From positions 1,296,054 to 1,360,053 of the forward strand of contig NW_004457695.1 in assembly GCF_000203815.1 (NCBI RefSeq): a stretch of 64,000 nt of DNA, read 5' to 3'. Source of the DNA: Dictyostelium fasciculatum (taxonomy: Eukaryota). Below, one piece after another: positions 51,956 to 62,523 of this stretch; position 1 is the first letter of the stretch; each line of letters begins with the position of its first letter. The notes under the pieces were generated by a model. The model was not told the DNA's origin. It did not search any database and was given only the letters and a program-made list of their open reading frames with translations. A program made the position numbers and the translations under genes.

Positions 51956-53716
51956 TTATTTTGTCTTTTTCATATCAATTAATTCAATTGTATCATTTGA
52001 ATCGAATGAAAAAGAGGTATGACCAAATGATTTAAAGAATTGAGCATGTTCTTTGTTTGTATAACCTTGATTGATAAAAGCAGCCATACGTGATAATGCA
52101 AGACATTGTCTTACAAGAATTTGATAGTCTAGTGCTCCAGCAATCATTAACAATGTCATAAACATACCAGCATGGGCAAATACTAAAGGTCCCTCGCACT
52201 CTATAGTATGATGAATGCGATCTTTTGAAACCCTATCCTTTTTCATACACAGCTTTGCAGTAAATCCATTCATTTCAATCAACTTTAGGTAAGCAACCAA
52301 TGCCTTTTCATAACTTGTTTCTTGATATGATACTGCAAGTCCTGTAAATGGATGTTGTAATTCTAATTGATATGGTCTTTCTGGATCATTATATGTATTT
52401 TTTAATTGTTTCATCATCTAAAAATAAAAATAATTAATAATTAATAATTAATATTATTTAAAGATTTAATATCTCTTTTTTTTTTTTCTATTTTTTTTTA
52501 CCAATTCTAATTTAGGACCAAAAATTCCTGGTGTAGCATTATCATGATATAATTTTGGACGAATATTTTGAAAATAATCTTCACATATTAATTTACGTAG
52601 ATGACAATTGGCTGCAGATTCTTGACTATCCAATCGACAAAGTTTACATTCACATAGACCAATATGATCTTTTCTTTCGGAATAGGAGAGATTTGATACT
52701 GATTTTCTTGAAATGAAAATTTCTTCTCCTGCTTTGAGACTTTGTGCCGCCACGACAAAGATATAATCACCAATATTAAAATAACCTGCATTTTGAATGC
52801 AGGCATGATTGACTAGTGTAAGCATGGGCCAGAGTCCCCAAGCACCAACAATTGAAATAAAATTACCACCAAAAAGAGCAAGTTGTGATATTTCAACATT
52901 TAAAAATTTTCTATCATTTTGATTGTAATTGATATCCATTTTCTCTGTCTCTTGATTGTTGATAAATTTAAAATCTTCTAGTTGTAAATTTGGATCGGCT
53001 TGAACTCGTTCTACCAAATTATTCGTACCCTCTTCAAATTGCATAATTTGTGGTGCAAATGCCAATATTGCTCTACATTGACGATGTTGATGTTGATTTA
53101 GACTCGGCATGGCCTTTGTACATTCTCTCAACATGTTTAATGAATCTTGTTGGTCGAAAATCAATTTCTGACTACTTAGACCTTTGACATATTTGACCGC
53201 CTTGTTTACAAATAGAATGGTTCCGCCCTGTACATCTCTAGTACATTCCAAACCAATTCTATCTGTATTGATAAATGGTGCTGTTTTGGTTCTGGTCTTT
53301 TTAATTCTTACTGGACCAATATACTCGCTAATATCAGTCTCTTCAGTTGCCTTTAGATGTTCTTTGAGTTCTTTGAATTTGAATATACCATTGTCTCGTT
53401 CCTCTAATCTTGCCAAACAATCTCGTACATTTAATTTCAACTCTTTATGTTCACTTTTTGGTTGTGTCTCTAATAGTCGATTATTACATTCCAATGCCTT
53501 TTCATACATTCCAACTGCATAATATCCTTTTGCCAATCTTGTCAATAATCTTGCAATATTATTATCTTCCAACGTACCAGATGCCAACAGTGGTTCACCC
53601 AATGCAAATGCTTCATGGTATCGATAGAGTGATAGTAATGCCGACAACTTGTTGAGTAAAAGAGTTTCATGTTGTGCGTCAATCTCTAATCCCTTGTCAT
53701 AACATTCCAATGCCAA
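51956..53716 (-). CDS. SET-domain protein with N-terminal TPR repeats (~570 aa). Exons 52502..>=53716 (5' end unresolved) and 51956..52417, intron 52418..52501
   Basis: TPR motifs (DEWRLKGNTNYTNKKFELALECYDKGLEID..., ...YYAVGMYEKALECNNRLLE). SET core ...GGNFISIVGAWGLWPMLTLVNHACIQNAGYFNIGDYIFVVAAQSLKAGEEIFISR and post-SET Cys (CECKLC). A GTAAAA..TTTTAG phase-0 intron links ...PKLEL|MMKQLKNTYNDPERP.... The 5' end is problematic: the TPR reading frame is open back to an in-frame TAA at about 53798, and the only upstream ATG (about 53867) is separated from it by that stop (see findings). Confidence 0.7.
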
Positions 53717-54202
53717 TTCAAACTTTTTGTTTGTATAATTTGTATTTCCTTTTAATCTCCATTCATCAATTGGTAAAGTAGTTGTTGTTGTTGTTGGTTA
53801 AGGTTTTGGTTTACTTGTATTTGTTGTTGGTTTGGGTTGGTTTGTTGATTTTTTTGCCATTCTATCCTTTTAAATTTATCTTTATAAAGTACAGTATGCC
53901 TCGTGTGCTTATTCATTGTAACGAAAAAATTATTCAATTTTTTTTAATTTTTTTTAATTTTTTTTTCGAAACCTGAGCCAACTTTGACAAAAAAACATTT
54001 CCTCTAAATCAAATCAACAGCAACAGATAAACTGTAACTACTATATAACTATGTGATATCTATATATGAGGATTAGATAATATAATAAGATAATGAATGT
54101 TTATTGAATATGTTTGGGTTTAAATACTCGCTGGGAGCAGAGTAGTATGACACTATGCTCACATAAACTTTTTTTTTGCCGGCAAAAAAACAACAAAAGA
54201 CT

Positions 54203-54273
54203 AGCTTTTCATCGTATCGATCGATGCACCTGTGGGTTATGAGCCCACCGCTCTACCACTGAGCTAAAAAGCT
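54203..54273 (-). tRNA. tRNA-Met (anticodon CAT), initiator-type
   Basis: Manual cloverleaf on the minus strand: AGCTTTT-TA-GCTC-AGTGGTA-GAGC-G-GTGGG-CTCATAA-CCCAC-AGGTG-CATCG-ATCGATA-CGATG-AAAAGCT. A1:U72, three G:C pairs at the base of the anticodon stem, and an A-initial T-loop (ATCGATA in place of TTCGAAT) are all eukaryotic initiator hallmarks. Confidence 0.85.
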
Positions 54274-54319
54274 TTGCTATATATGGCTTGTGAGACCATG
54301 AAAAATCCGGGTATATATA

Positions 54320-55312
54320 TACCCCCCTCTCTGCTGACGTCGTTGGGTACCGTCTAGCGTCCCACCTTGAGCGTCTTGACCGTAAGCCAGCAATGGAACC
54401 AGACAAAAGAGGAAGAGTACCTCTCAAACAAGTGTACCTCCAAAGGCTGACCATATCCAACGAAAAGTGGAACGTGTACGACCCGACCCCAGGCCAAAAG
54501 ATCTTAGCAACCGATGACAGAGTGTATCCAATGAATGCACTAGCTGCTCTATCTACCATCGTACTACCAAAGGGTCGAGATCTGGTTTGGAAATACGTAA
54601 CCAAATGTCTCCCGCTCGTCAGGGGTGACCCAGTCGCCTCCACCTGTGTGACGTGTGGCAAAGATGAATCCTCCAAGCATTTGTTCTTCCAATGCAAGGA
54701 GACCACGCTGCCAGTGAAGATACTGAAAGAGGTTACTGCTGCCAACAACATTCCACCACCAGTCTGGGACATCACCCTCCTCAACCTCAAACAAACTCCA
54801 ATGACTATAAACTTGGTCGCTGCAACACTAGAACGAATATGGTTCCGACGTAATGATCTACGTCACCAAAGAGATGAACCATTCACTGAACAATACCTGC
54901 GAGCTAGATTGATAAGTGATATGCGACATATTATAAAAGTAAACTGGGACAAGACGTTAGAATTATGTAACCGATGGCACTTGGCTCTAATGAACCAAAC
55001 CGACGAATCAGTAATACATACGATTACAGAACGAATACAAACTATCATCCTTCGATTCTCCTCCAACTACAACCATCCTACTGTCTACAAGATCGCACTA
55101 CCTAGTCATTTAGAGAGGTACAAGACTCTGCGTACTCTTCATCTATAATCGTTCACCCTCAGCTTCATTCCTCTCATCCTCTTCACCACCGCCATCCTCT
55201 TCTATTCTCTCTACAACTATCAATAATAATATTAATAATATAATAATTCACTAAATAATATGAATAATAATAATTATATCAACCCAGTATTGTAGCCTAT
55301 AGTGCTAGTGAG

Positions 55313-55346
<34 letters not shown>

Positions 55347-55645
55347 ATAGCGATATCTTTAACCAATTTATTTTTAGAACAAGCAACAATCCAAAACAAT
55401 CCAACATGCTTGACACTATACAAAAAGATACATGATCAACGTCCATACAACATGTATCATAGACATGGACAAACCCCCAGAACAAATTAACTTTAATTCT
55501 TCTTGAGATAATCTTTATTTCTTGCTGGTCAATTAAAAAGTAAAATTAATAAAACTTTGTAACTTCTGAGTACTACTCTTCCCGATAGGAGAGAACAGGA
55601 AAAGAATTACTTTAAAAAAAAAAAAAAATACCCCCCCCCCCCCCG
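54320..55645 (+). mobile_element. 5'-truncated non-LTR (LINE-type) retrotransposon of the tRNA-gene-targeted kind (TRE5-like), copy 1: ORF2 C-terminal ~250 codons, 3' UTR, internal A32, conserved 3' module ending in A15
   Basis: The ORF 54393..55148 encodes the characteristic LINE RT C-terminal segment (...VWKYVTKCLPLVRGDPVASTCVTCGKDESSKHLFFQCKETT... Cys/His knuckle). A32 lies at 55313..55344. The 3' module ACTACTCTTCCCGATAGGAGAGAACAGGAAAAGAATTACTTT plus A15 lies at 55573..55628. The element sits roughly 50-120 bp from the 5' end of the minus-strand tRNA-Met, with its own 5' end facing the tRNA. Its exact 5' boundary is not determinable by eye. Confidence 0.8.
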
Positions 55646-56067
55646 AGTTTGGAATTTTTCTGAAATAGAGAGAAAGAGATAGAAACAGAGAATTACGTAT
55701 AGAGTACTATAGAACTTCTCTCAAACATCAACTATCTTCAACTATCTTCAACTATCTTTTATCAACATTACTATTTCTTCACACTCACTAAAAGCCACAA
55801 CTAATTGCCCTAGTGTGCCCCCTTGTTCAATTATTTATAGAGAGAACAATATCAATAAAGATAATACAGGTTATTAGATATTGACACATTCATTGTTGGT
55901 AAAGAAAGTGACTCATTCGTAATATTATCACCAGATCAACCAACAACAACAACAACAACACAAGATGATATAGTAAAAGTAAAGAAACAAACAAAGAGAT
56001 CATCAAAGAAAAAGACAAGTCACGATGATTTTGAAAATGATCAAGGTAAGAAGAGGCTACTAGTACA

Positions 56068-56901
56068 ATGCTATCCGTTGAGTATAAATGTATATTAACT
56101 GTATATTTTCATGTAGATATAACCAATTTTACAGAGAATGAATTAAAATGTAAATTTAAACAAGAGTTGATTGTAATTTGCAATAGATTGGGTATACAAT
56201 CATCAAATAGTCAATTAAAAGATACAATTATCCAACAAATCATCAAACAACAAGAATTTAAAAGCAAGATGGTTGACAATAATAAACCTTTATTCGATTA
56301 CAACAAGGGATCACTCGAATATTCATTACCGTGGCCAATCATCAGTAGAATAATCACACAGTTTTGGCAGGAATCATCTATTTGTACTTGTTACTATAAT
56401 CAACAAACAATAGATACTATAAAAGCAAACCAATATAAACGGTGTGGCGTAATGTGGCCAATATATCTATCAATGTTTGATGATAGTAAAGAATCTGCGA
56501 TGCAATGTCCAATGCATAGATACCACTATTTAAATGATTTGGATCCATCAATCAATATTGCCAGACCCTTTACATCAACAGTCAATGACAAGAACAAATG
56601 GAGATTTCAACTACTCAACATATCAAAGCGAGTCAATCAATTCATATCATCAATTTATTTTGATAATATTTCATTCAAACTCGATCAAGAAACATGGAGT
56701 CATCTCAACAACAATCAATATTGTCCAATTAAATCACCAAAAATAGTTCATTTGTATGATACAAAAGATGACCTCTCATTTATTGGAGATCAAAATATCG
56801 TTGCAACGATATTTAATATGGTTGAAAACCTAACACTTGATAATGTTAATCTCAAAGCACCCAACAACAAGATTATACCAAAAGTATTCAATAATATCTA
56901 A
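56068..56901 (+). CDS. Hypothetical protein with an N-terminal SAP-like helix motif (277 aa)
   Basis: ATG ORF; ...ENELKCKFKQELIVICNRLGIQSSNSQLKDTIIQQIIKQQ resembles a SAP motif. An upstream in-frame open segment with a GTAAGA donor and a TCATGTAG acceptor exists but contains no ATG, so the model starts at 56068. It lies immediately 3' of retrotransposon copy 1. Confidence 0.45.
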   Translation: MLSVEYKCILTVYFHVDITNFTENELKCKFKQELIVICNRLGIQSSNSQLKDTIIQQIIKQQEFKSKMVDNNKPLFDYNKGSLEYSLPWPIISRIITQFWQESSICTCYYNQQTIDTIKANQYKRCGVMWPIYLSMFDDSKESAMQCPMHRYHYLNDLDPSINIARPFTSTVNDKNKWRFQLLNISKRVNQFISSIYFDNISFKLDQETWSHLNNNQYCPIKSPKIVHLYDTKDDLSFIGDQNIVATIFNMVENLTLDNVNLKAPNNKIIPKVFNNI

Positions 56902-56952
56902 TCAATCACTGCTAAATATTCAAATACCACAACAACAACAAATCAAAAACAA

Positions 56953-58789
56953 TTGGAATATGACCGATTATGTAAACCTCAATTCCTATCAAGTTTTAAG
57001 AATCTCACATCAATCAATTTACAATCGTATCAACCTTTAGAAAAAGAAAACAGAGAATCATTTTTGGCAATCCTATCAAAAACAATGACAAGAAGAATAA
57101 CCAAACTATTACTTCCAATCGATTGGTGCCGGTCGGTAAATCTTGACACTAAATTCAACCTAGGTATTGTCAATAGCAATATTATTCCACTACCACAAAT
57201 GAGAAATTTGAAAACATTCCATTATTACAACTATTCCTTATACCGTTCCTCATTTGATAATCCAAACCTTACAACTCTTGTCGATCATTCTTGTGGTGAT
57301 CATGGGAGTGGGTATATTAGCACATTTATCAACAGTCTTCCAACAACCATTTCAACAATCAAGCTCAAACCTGGCACCTCTCTCTTTAAACATTTATTTT
57401 CGGACCAAACTCTTGGTTTGTTGAATCTCAACAAACTATTAATAGACTATGATTTTGAAATAACTGATCAAATAATCAATCATTTTGCAAAGTATGGATA
57501 TCAATATCATGGGGCAAGATTTAAAGGTTCAACAACAAAAAGACAATTCAAATTTATTAAATCAACAACCAATGAACCACTAATTAGATCAACAAAATCA
57601 ACTACTACACCAACTTTTCAAAATGAAATTGTCCTTAATAATAATAATAATACAACACTTGCCTATTTTTTAATTGAAAAGATTGTTAGATACTCTTGGA
57701 ACAGTTATTATTGTACTTGTGAACAAATTACCAACCACAAAGACTCCATTAAACTACAATGTCAGCAACTATTCAATGCAAAATCAATATGCCCTGTTCA
57801 CAAGAATAGTGATACACCAAAGAAAGATACCGATGAAAATATTCTTTATCAAAATATTAATCAACTTCGATTTGGATTGTCGCTTGTATGCAAACGATTA
57901 TTTGAATTTATTTCAAAACATCTTATCAAGAATATATATATATATATCATATGCATATCAACACTCGGAAATCAGCAAGTACCAAACACATTTTTCAAAT
58001 CCATATTGTTTGCTTGGTAAATCAATTGAATACCTTGTCGTGGATTTTAGTCAAGATCAAAATAACCTTCACCTTGATCATAGCTATTCAAATGTAAAAA
58101 AGTTTAATACTGGATGTGGGTTTGGTCCCACAAAAAATCAAGACTTGCTTGCATCGATTCTTTCATTTAAATCACTCACCGAATTGGACTTGTCTAATTG
58201 TTCAGATATAACAATTAACTATTTAATGGATAGTCTAAAGAACTTGTCACTCAGAAAGCTCTTTTGCGGGAATGAACCGCCTCAGTCAATGTTTAAAAAA
58301 GATTCATGTCTATCAAAGTCATTGGAGGCAATATCAATCAATTTATCATTTTTGAAATATCAAAGTAACCGACAGGTATTGTACAATCTTTCTCAACTCA
58401 GACATCTCAGAATCATCTGCACCAAAAAACACAAAATATCATACGCCGACGGTATTTATAGACGAGTTGCTCTATCCCTTCCACCTGGTATTCTTAAAAA
58501 ATCAACAAATGATGCCTATGTCACGAGGATCATCATTCATAATCCTCAAATCAATCAATTGGTGATACTCGAGAATACTACACATTCCTATCGTGTTGAT
58601 CTAGTCTACCACCAAGATCTTTTCCAACTGAAAATCCAAAAGATTGTCATCATATCAAGTAAACACCAATATTTGCAGTTTTACAAACCAAACAACTTTC
58701 AATTCATTGGTGCTTTTGTGACAAATATGGATCAATCCATCGGTTGCAAGAGAGTCTACATAAAAAGAAAAATAAATCAATCCAATTAA
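56953..58789 (+). pseudogene. LRR-containing ORF, in the same frame as the 56068..56901 gene but separated from it by a single TAA, with an internal +1 frame change near 58010..58050; possible pseudogene
   Basis: 56068..56901 and 56953..58020 share frame 1 with only TAA 56899..56901 between them, and there is no AG that could define an intron removing the stop. 57674..58789 is frame 2 and carries LRR-like segments (LTELDLSNCSDITINYLMDSLKNLSLRKL). The only splice-like solution is a 34-nt GTAAAT..TTTTAG segment, which is shorter than any intron seen here. Confidence 0.4.
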
Positions 58790-58834
58790 AATGTTAATTA
58801 TTAAATTATGTACAAAAAAATTTATTTATTTATT

Positions 58835-59503
<669 letters not shown>

Positions 59504-59816
59504 TTATCAATCAACAACATGTTGATTATTTATAGTTGTCTTTTATGATCGAGTCATAAAGAGTAAAAGAGATCACCATCCTTAAAGTGAAAGTCTGATT
59601 GCTGAGTATTAAAATATGACTCAAAATTCGCTGAAGCTCAGTGACTCACGAAATTATAAAATTAAAAAAAAATGATATTAAATAAAGAAAATTTGGTGAA
59701 TAAATACCACTTTTGTATATTTATTCAAAATAATAATTCATTTTATTCCTACCAACTACTCGATAGGGAATTGAGCAAAAAAAAAAAGATCCAGGTGCCT
59801 AAAACATAAAAAAGAG

Positions 59817-59887
59817 TGCACCAACCGAGAATCGAACTCGGATCGAATCCGTGGCAGGGATCCATTCTACCATTGAACCATTGGTGC
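59817..59887 (-). tRNA. tRNA-Gly (anticodon GCC)
   Basis: Minus strand: GCACCAA-TG-GTTC-AATGGTA-GAAT-G-GATCC-CTGCCAC-GGATT-CGAT-CCGAG-TTCGATT-CTCGG-TTGGTGCA. Canonical cloverleaf closely matching eukaryotic tRNA-Gly(GCC). Confidence 0.9.
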
Positions 59888-60123
59888 TACTGTTGAATAT
59901 TTTTCTGATCTCTGGGCCTGGACCCGCCCACGTGGGCGATTTCTTTTTTTTTTGAGGATAGAAAGCCATCTGACATCTCTAATACAATATGCAACACCTA
60001 AAGACGAGTGTCCACAATGGGGAGTAAATCGGCGCGAGAGTTGAGAGCGGCAGTCGGTTTTGGACGCACCCAAGGCTTAGGTTTCACCGCAAGTATGGTA
60101 ATTTCGGAGTTGTTGCCATATTT

Positions 60124-60500
60124 GCGTCAACCTCAAACAACCTCCAATGACCATAAACTTGATTGCTGCAACCCTCGAACGAATATGGTTCCGAAGTAAT
60201 GATCTACGCCACCAAAGAGATGAACCATTCACTGAACAATACCTGCGAGCTAGATTGCTAAACGATATGCGGCATATTATAAAAGTAAACTGGGACAAGA
60301 CGTTAGAATTATGTAATCGATGGCACTTGGCTCTAATGAACCAAACCGACGAATCAGTAATACATACGATTACAGAACGAATAAAAACTATCATCCTTCG
60401 ATTCTCCTCCAACTACAACCATCCTACTGTCTACAAGATAAAACACTACTCTTCCCGATAGGAGAGAACAGGAAAAGAATTACTTTAAAAAAAAAAAAAA
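60124..60500 (+). mobile_element. Second, shorter copy of the same TRE5-like retrotransposon: ORF2 extreme C-terminus fused by internal deletion to the conserved 3' module plus A14
   Basis: 60127..60438 is about 95% identical to 54781..55098 of copy 1 (ORF 60147..60461: TINLIAATLERIWFR...HLALMNQTDESVIHTITERI). It then jumps directly to ...AACACTACTCTTCCCGATAGGAGAGAACAGGAAAAGAATTACTTT-A14 (60441..60500). It lies about 240 bp from the tRNA-Gly 5' end in the same head-to-tRNA arrangement as copy 1. Confidence 0.8.
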
Positions 60501-60697
60501 AGCGATTTTTTTTTCTCTCATTTGGGCAAATTAGCTACATCGCTATCTACCTTCCTAACTAAAACTAATCACTATCTAACAACTACTACAAATTAAACAA
60601 CAATAATATTAAATCATTAATTTAAAAATAAAAAATATGACTTCAGTGGTGATTTATTAAAAACAAAATTTTAACGATGGATATGGAACACAAATCA

Positions 60698-60741
60698 GAA
60701 TCCGTGGCAGGGATCCATTCTACATTTGAACCATTGGTGCT
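60698..60741 (-). pseudogene. 5' half of a tRNA-Gly(GCC) gene (partial duplicate including the 5' flank)
   Basis: 60698..60760 (CAGAATCCGTGGCAGGGATCCATTCTACATTTGAACCATTGGTGCTACTGTTGAAGATTTTTCC) matches 59843..59905 of the intact tRNA-Gly and its upstream flank. The T-arm and 3' acceptor are absent. Confidence 0.6.
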
Positions 60742-60984
60742 ACTGTTGAAGATTTTTCCGGCATTCCCACATCTTTGGGGATAGAGGCCAGACTTCGATT
60801 GGTCAATAGCTCAATGTAAGAGTGGTTGTCATTGTTTCTTCATGTTTTATACACAAAAAATTGGTGCTCATCGAAGTTGTTTATTCAACTCGTCTTTATA
60901 GCTAAATCAAATCCAAACGACATCAAGCAATATTAGATTGGTTTTAAGTAAATAAATAAATAAATAAATAAATTAAATATATTT

Positions 60985-62242
60985 TTACACCTTTGTATTG
61001 TTTAGTTGATTCAAAAAATTAAAGATATCAATCCTTGGATAAATGAATGAATGTTTCATCAAAATGTCAATTGATTCATGTTCTGTTCTATTTTGAATTA
61101 AAAATTCAACTATATTTAAATGAGCATTATCAATTGCCTAAATGTAAATAAATAAATAAAATGAATTAAAAAAGAAATCAATATTTATATATTTATATAT
61201 TTAAAACATACATTTAACATTGCTTTTTTTTGAACAACCTTCAGTTCTATTAAAATGAAGAAACTATATATATATAATATTATATTAGTTTTTAATCTTT
61301 CTTTTTTTTCTTTTTTTTATTTTTTTATTTTTTTACCTTTAAAACATCTAAATTACCTTGAGAACAAGCCAAATCCATAATTTGATGATCAATTTTAGCC
61401 TCTGGTCTATTATCATGTAGATATTTTAAAATGTCCAAAGAACCTCTAAAGACAGCCTCTAAAAATTCAGAATTGTCCCAATCTGCCAATTCCTCTGGGT
61501 CCAATTCACTCCCATGACTCGCCAAATATTGATAACGAAAAGGATCTATATATTTGATAGCATCCAAATTATCACACCAAAACACACTTTTTAATATTAA
61601 AGGAGTCCATTCTACCTGTTGTTTTGCTAGTTTGTTTGTAAATAATTTGATGAGTGGCAAATTACCATTTGATATCACTCTATTTAGAGTATTCCTATGA
61701 TAACCTTCTGTTCTATTGAATAATAAAAATTCAACTATATCATTATAACCACCTCTTACAGCTCTATCAATTGCGTCTGTTGAACAAATAGAGTCTGACG
61801 ACGACGAGTCGACAGTTTGATCTCTATCTTGATAACGAAAATGTAACATTTTTACAATATCAATATTACCACTTCTAACTGCAGCATCAATGATACGAGT
61901 AACTTTAACATCTTTTGGCAGCCAATCATCCAATAGATGACCAAGAGTCGATACGGTAGCATTCTTGTGAGAGACGTATAGATTAGCTATATTATCACCA
62001 CGCATATTGACTTGATCTATAGGTGGTAAATGATGAACCAGAAAATCCCATGGCATTGCATAGGTTTGAATTAAAACTATAAAAAATTGTTTAGACAATT
62101 CTCTACCTTTGATATAGTTTATAGTTACAGAGTTTTGATCATCTTGATAAACAGATCTAGTTGATGGTAATGTTGATAATGATTGAAATATATAATTTCT
62201 TATATATAATATTCTAAATATATTTATAAATGTTATATTCAT
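60985..62242 (-). CDS. Ankyrin-repeat-like protein (~352 aa). Exons 61337..62242 and 60985..61137, intron 61138..61336
   Basis: Repeats ...GNIDIVKMLH..., ...GYNDIVEFLL..., ...GSLDILKYLH..., ...GNLDVLK|AIDNAHLNIVEFLIQN.... A GTAAAA..CATTTAG phase-0 intron adds a 50-codon terminal exon carrying a further repeat. The N-terminal ~60 aa are hydrophobic and odd, so the start codon is uncertain. Confidence 0.6.
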
Positions 62243-62523
62243 GACGAGCAGGAGTAATCTTTAAAGAGTACTTGGTTTCGCAAAGAGTTGTTTTGTTTTT
62301 TTTTTTTTTTTTAATTTTTCAACTATTTTTTTTTTATGATGGTGATGTTCAAACACCCATCATCACAATTTACTATTATCATTAATTAAATTTGAAGAAG
62401 AGTCAAGTAATAATTAAAAAGTTATTTCGATTTGAATCAAATATTTGTATAGTAAATCAATCAATCAATCAATCATAATAGTATCGTATAGTTAGTAAAT
62501 ATAGATATAGAGTAGTTATATAA

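Noticed and set aside
54209-55066. Minus-strand ORFs 54209..54790, 54564..54794 and 54863..55066 (and the twin 60077..60412)
   Set aside because: They are antisense to the retrotransposon RT reading frame and recur identically in both copies, so they are shadow ORFs of the element and not genes.
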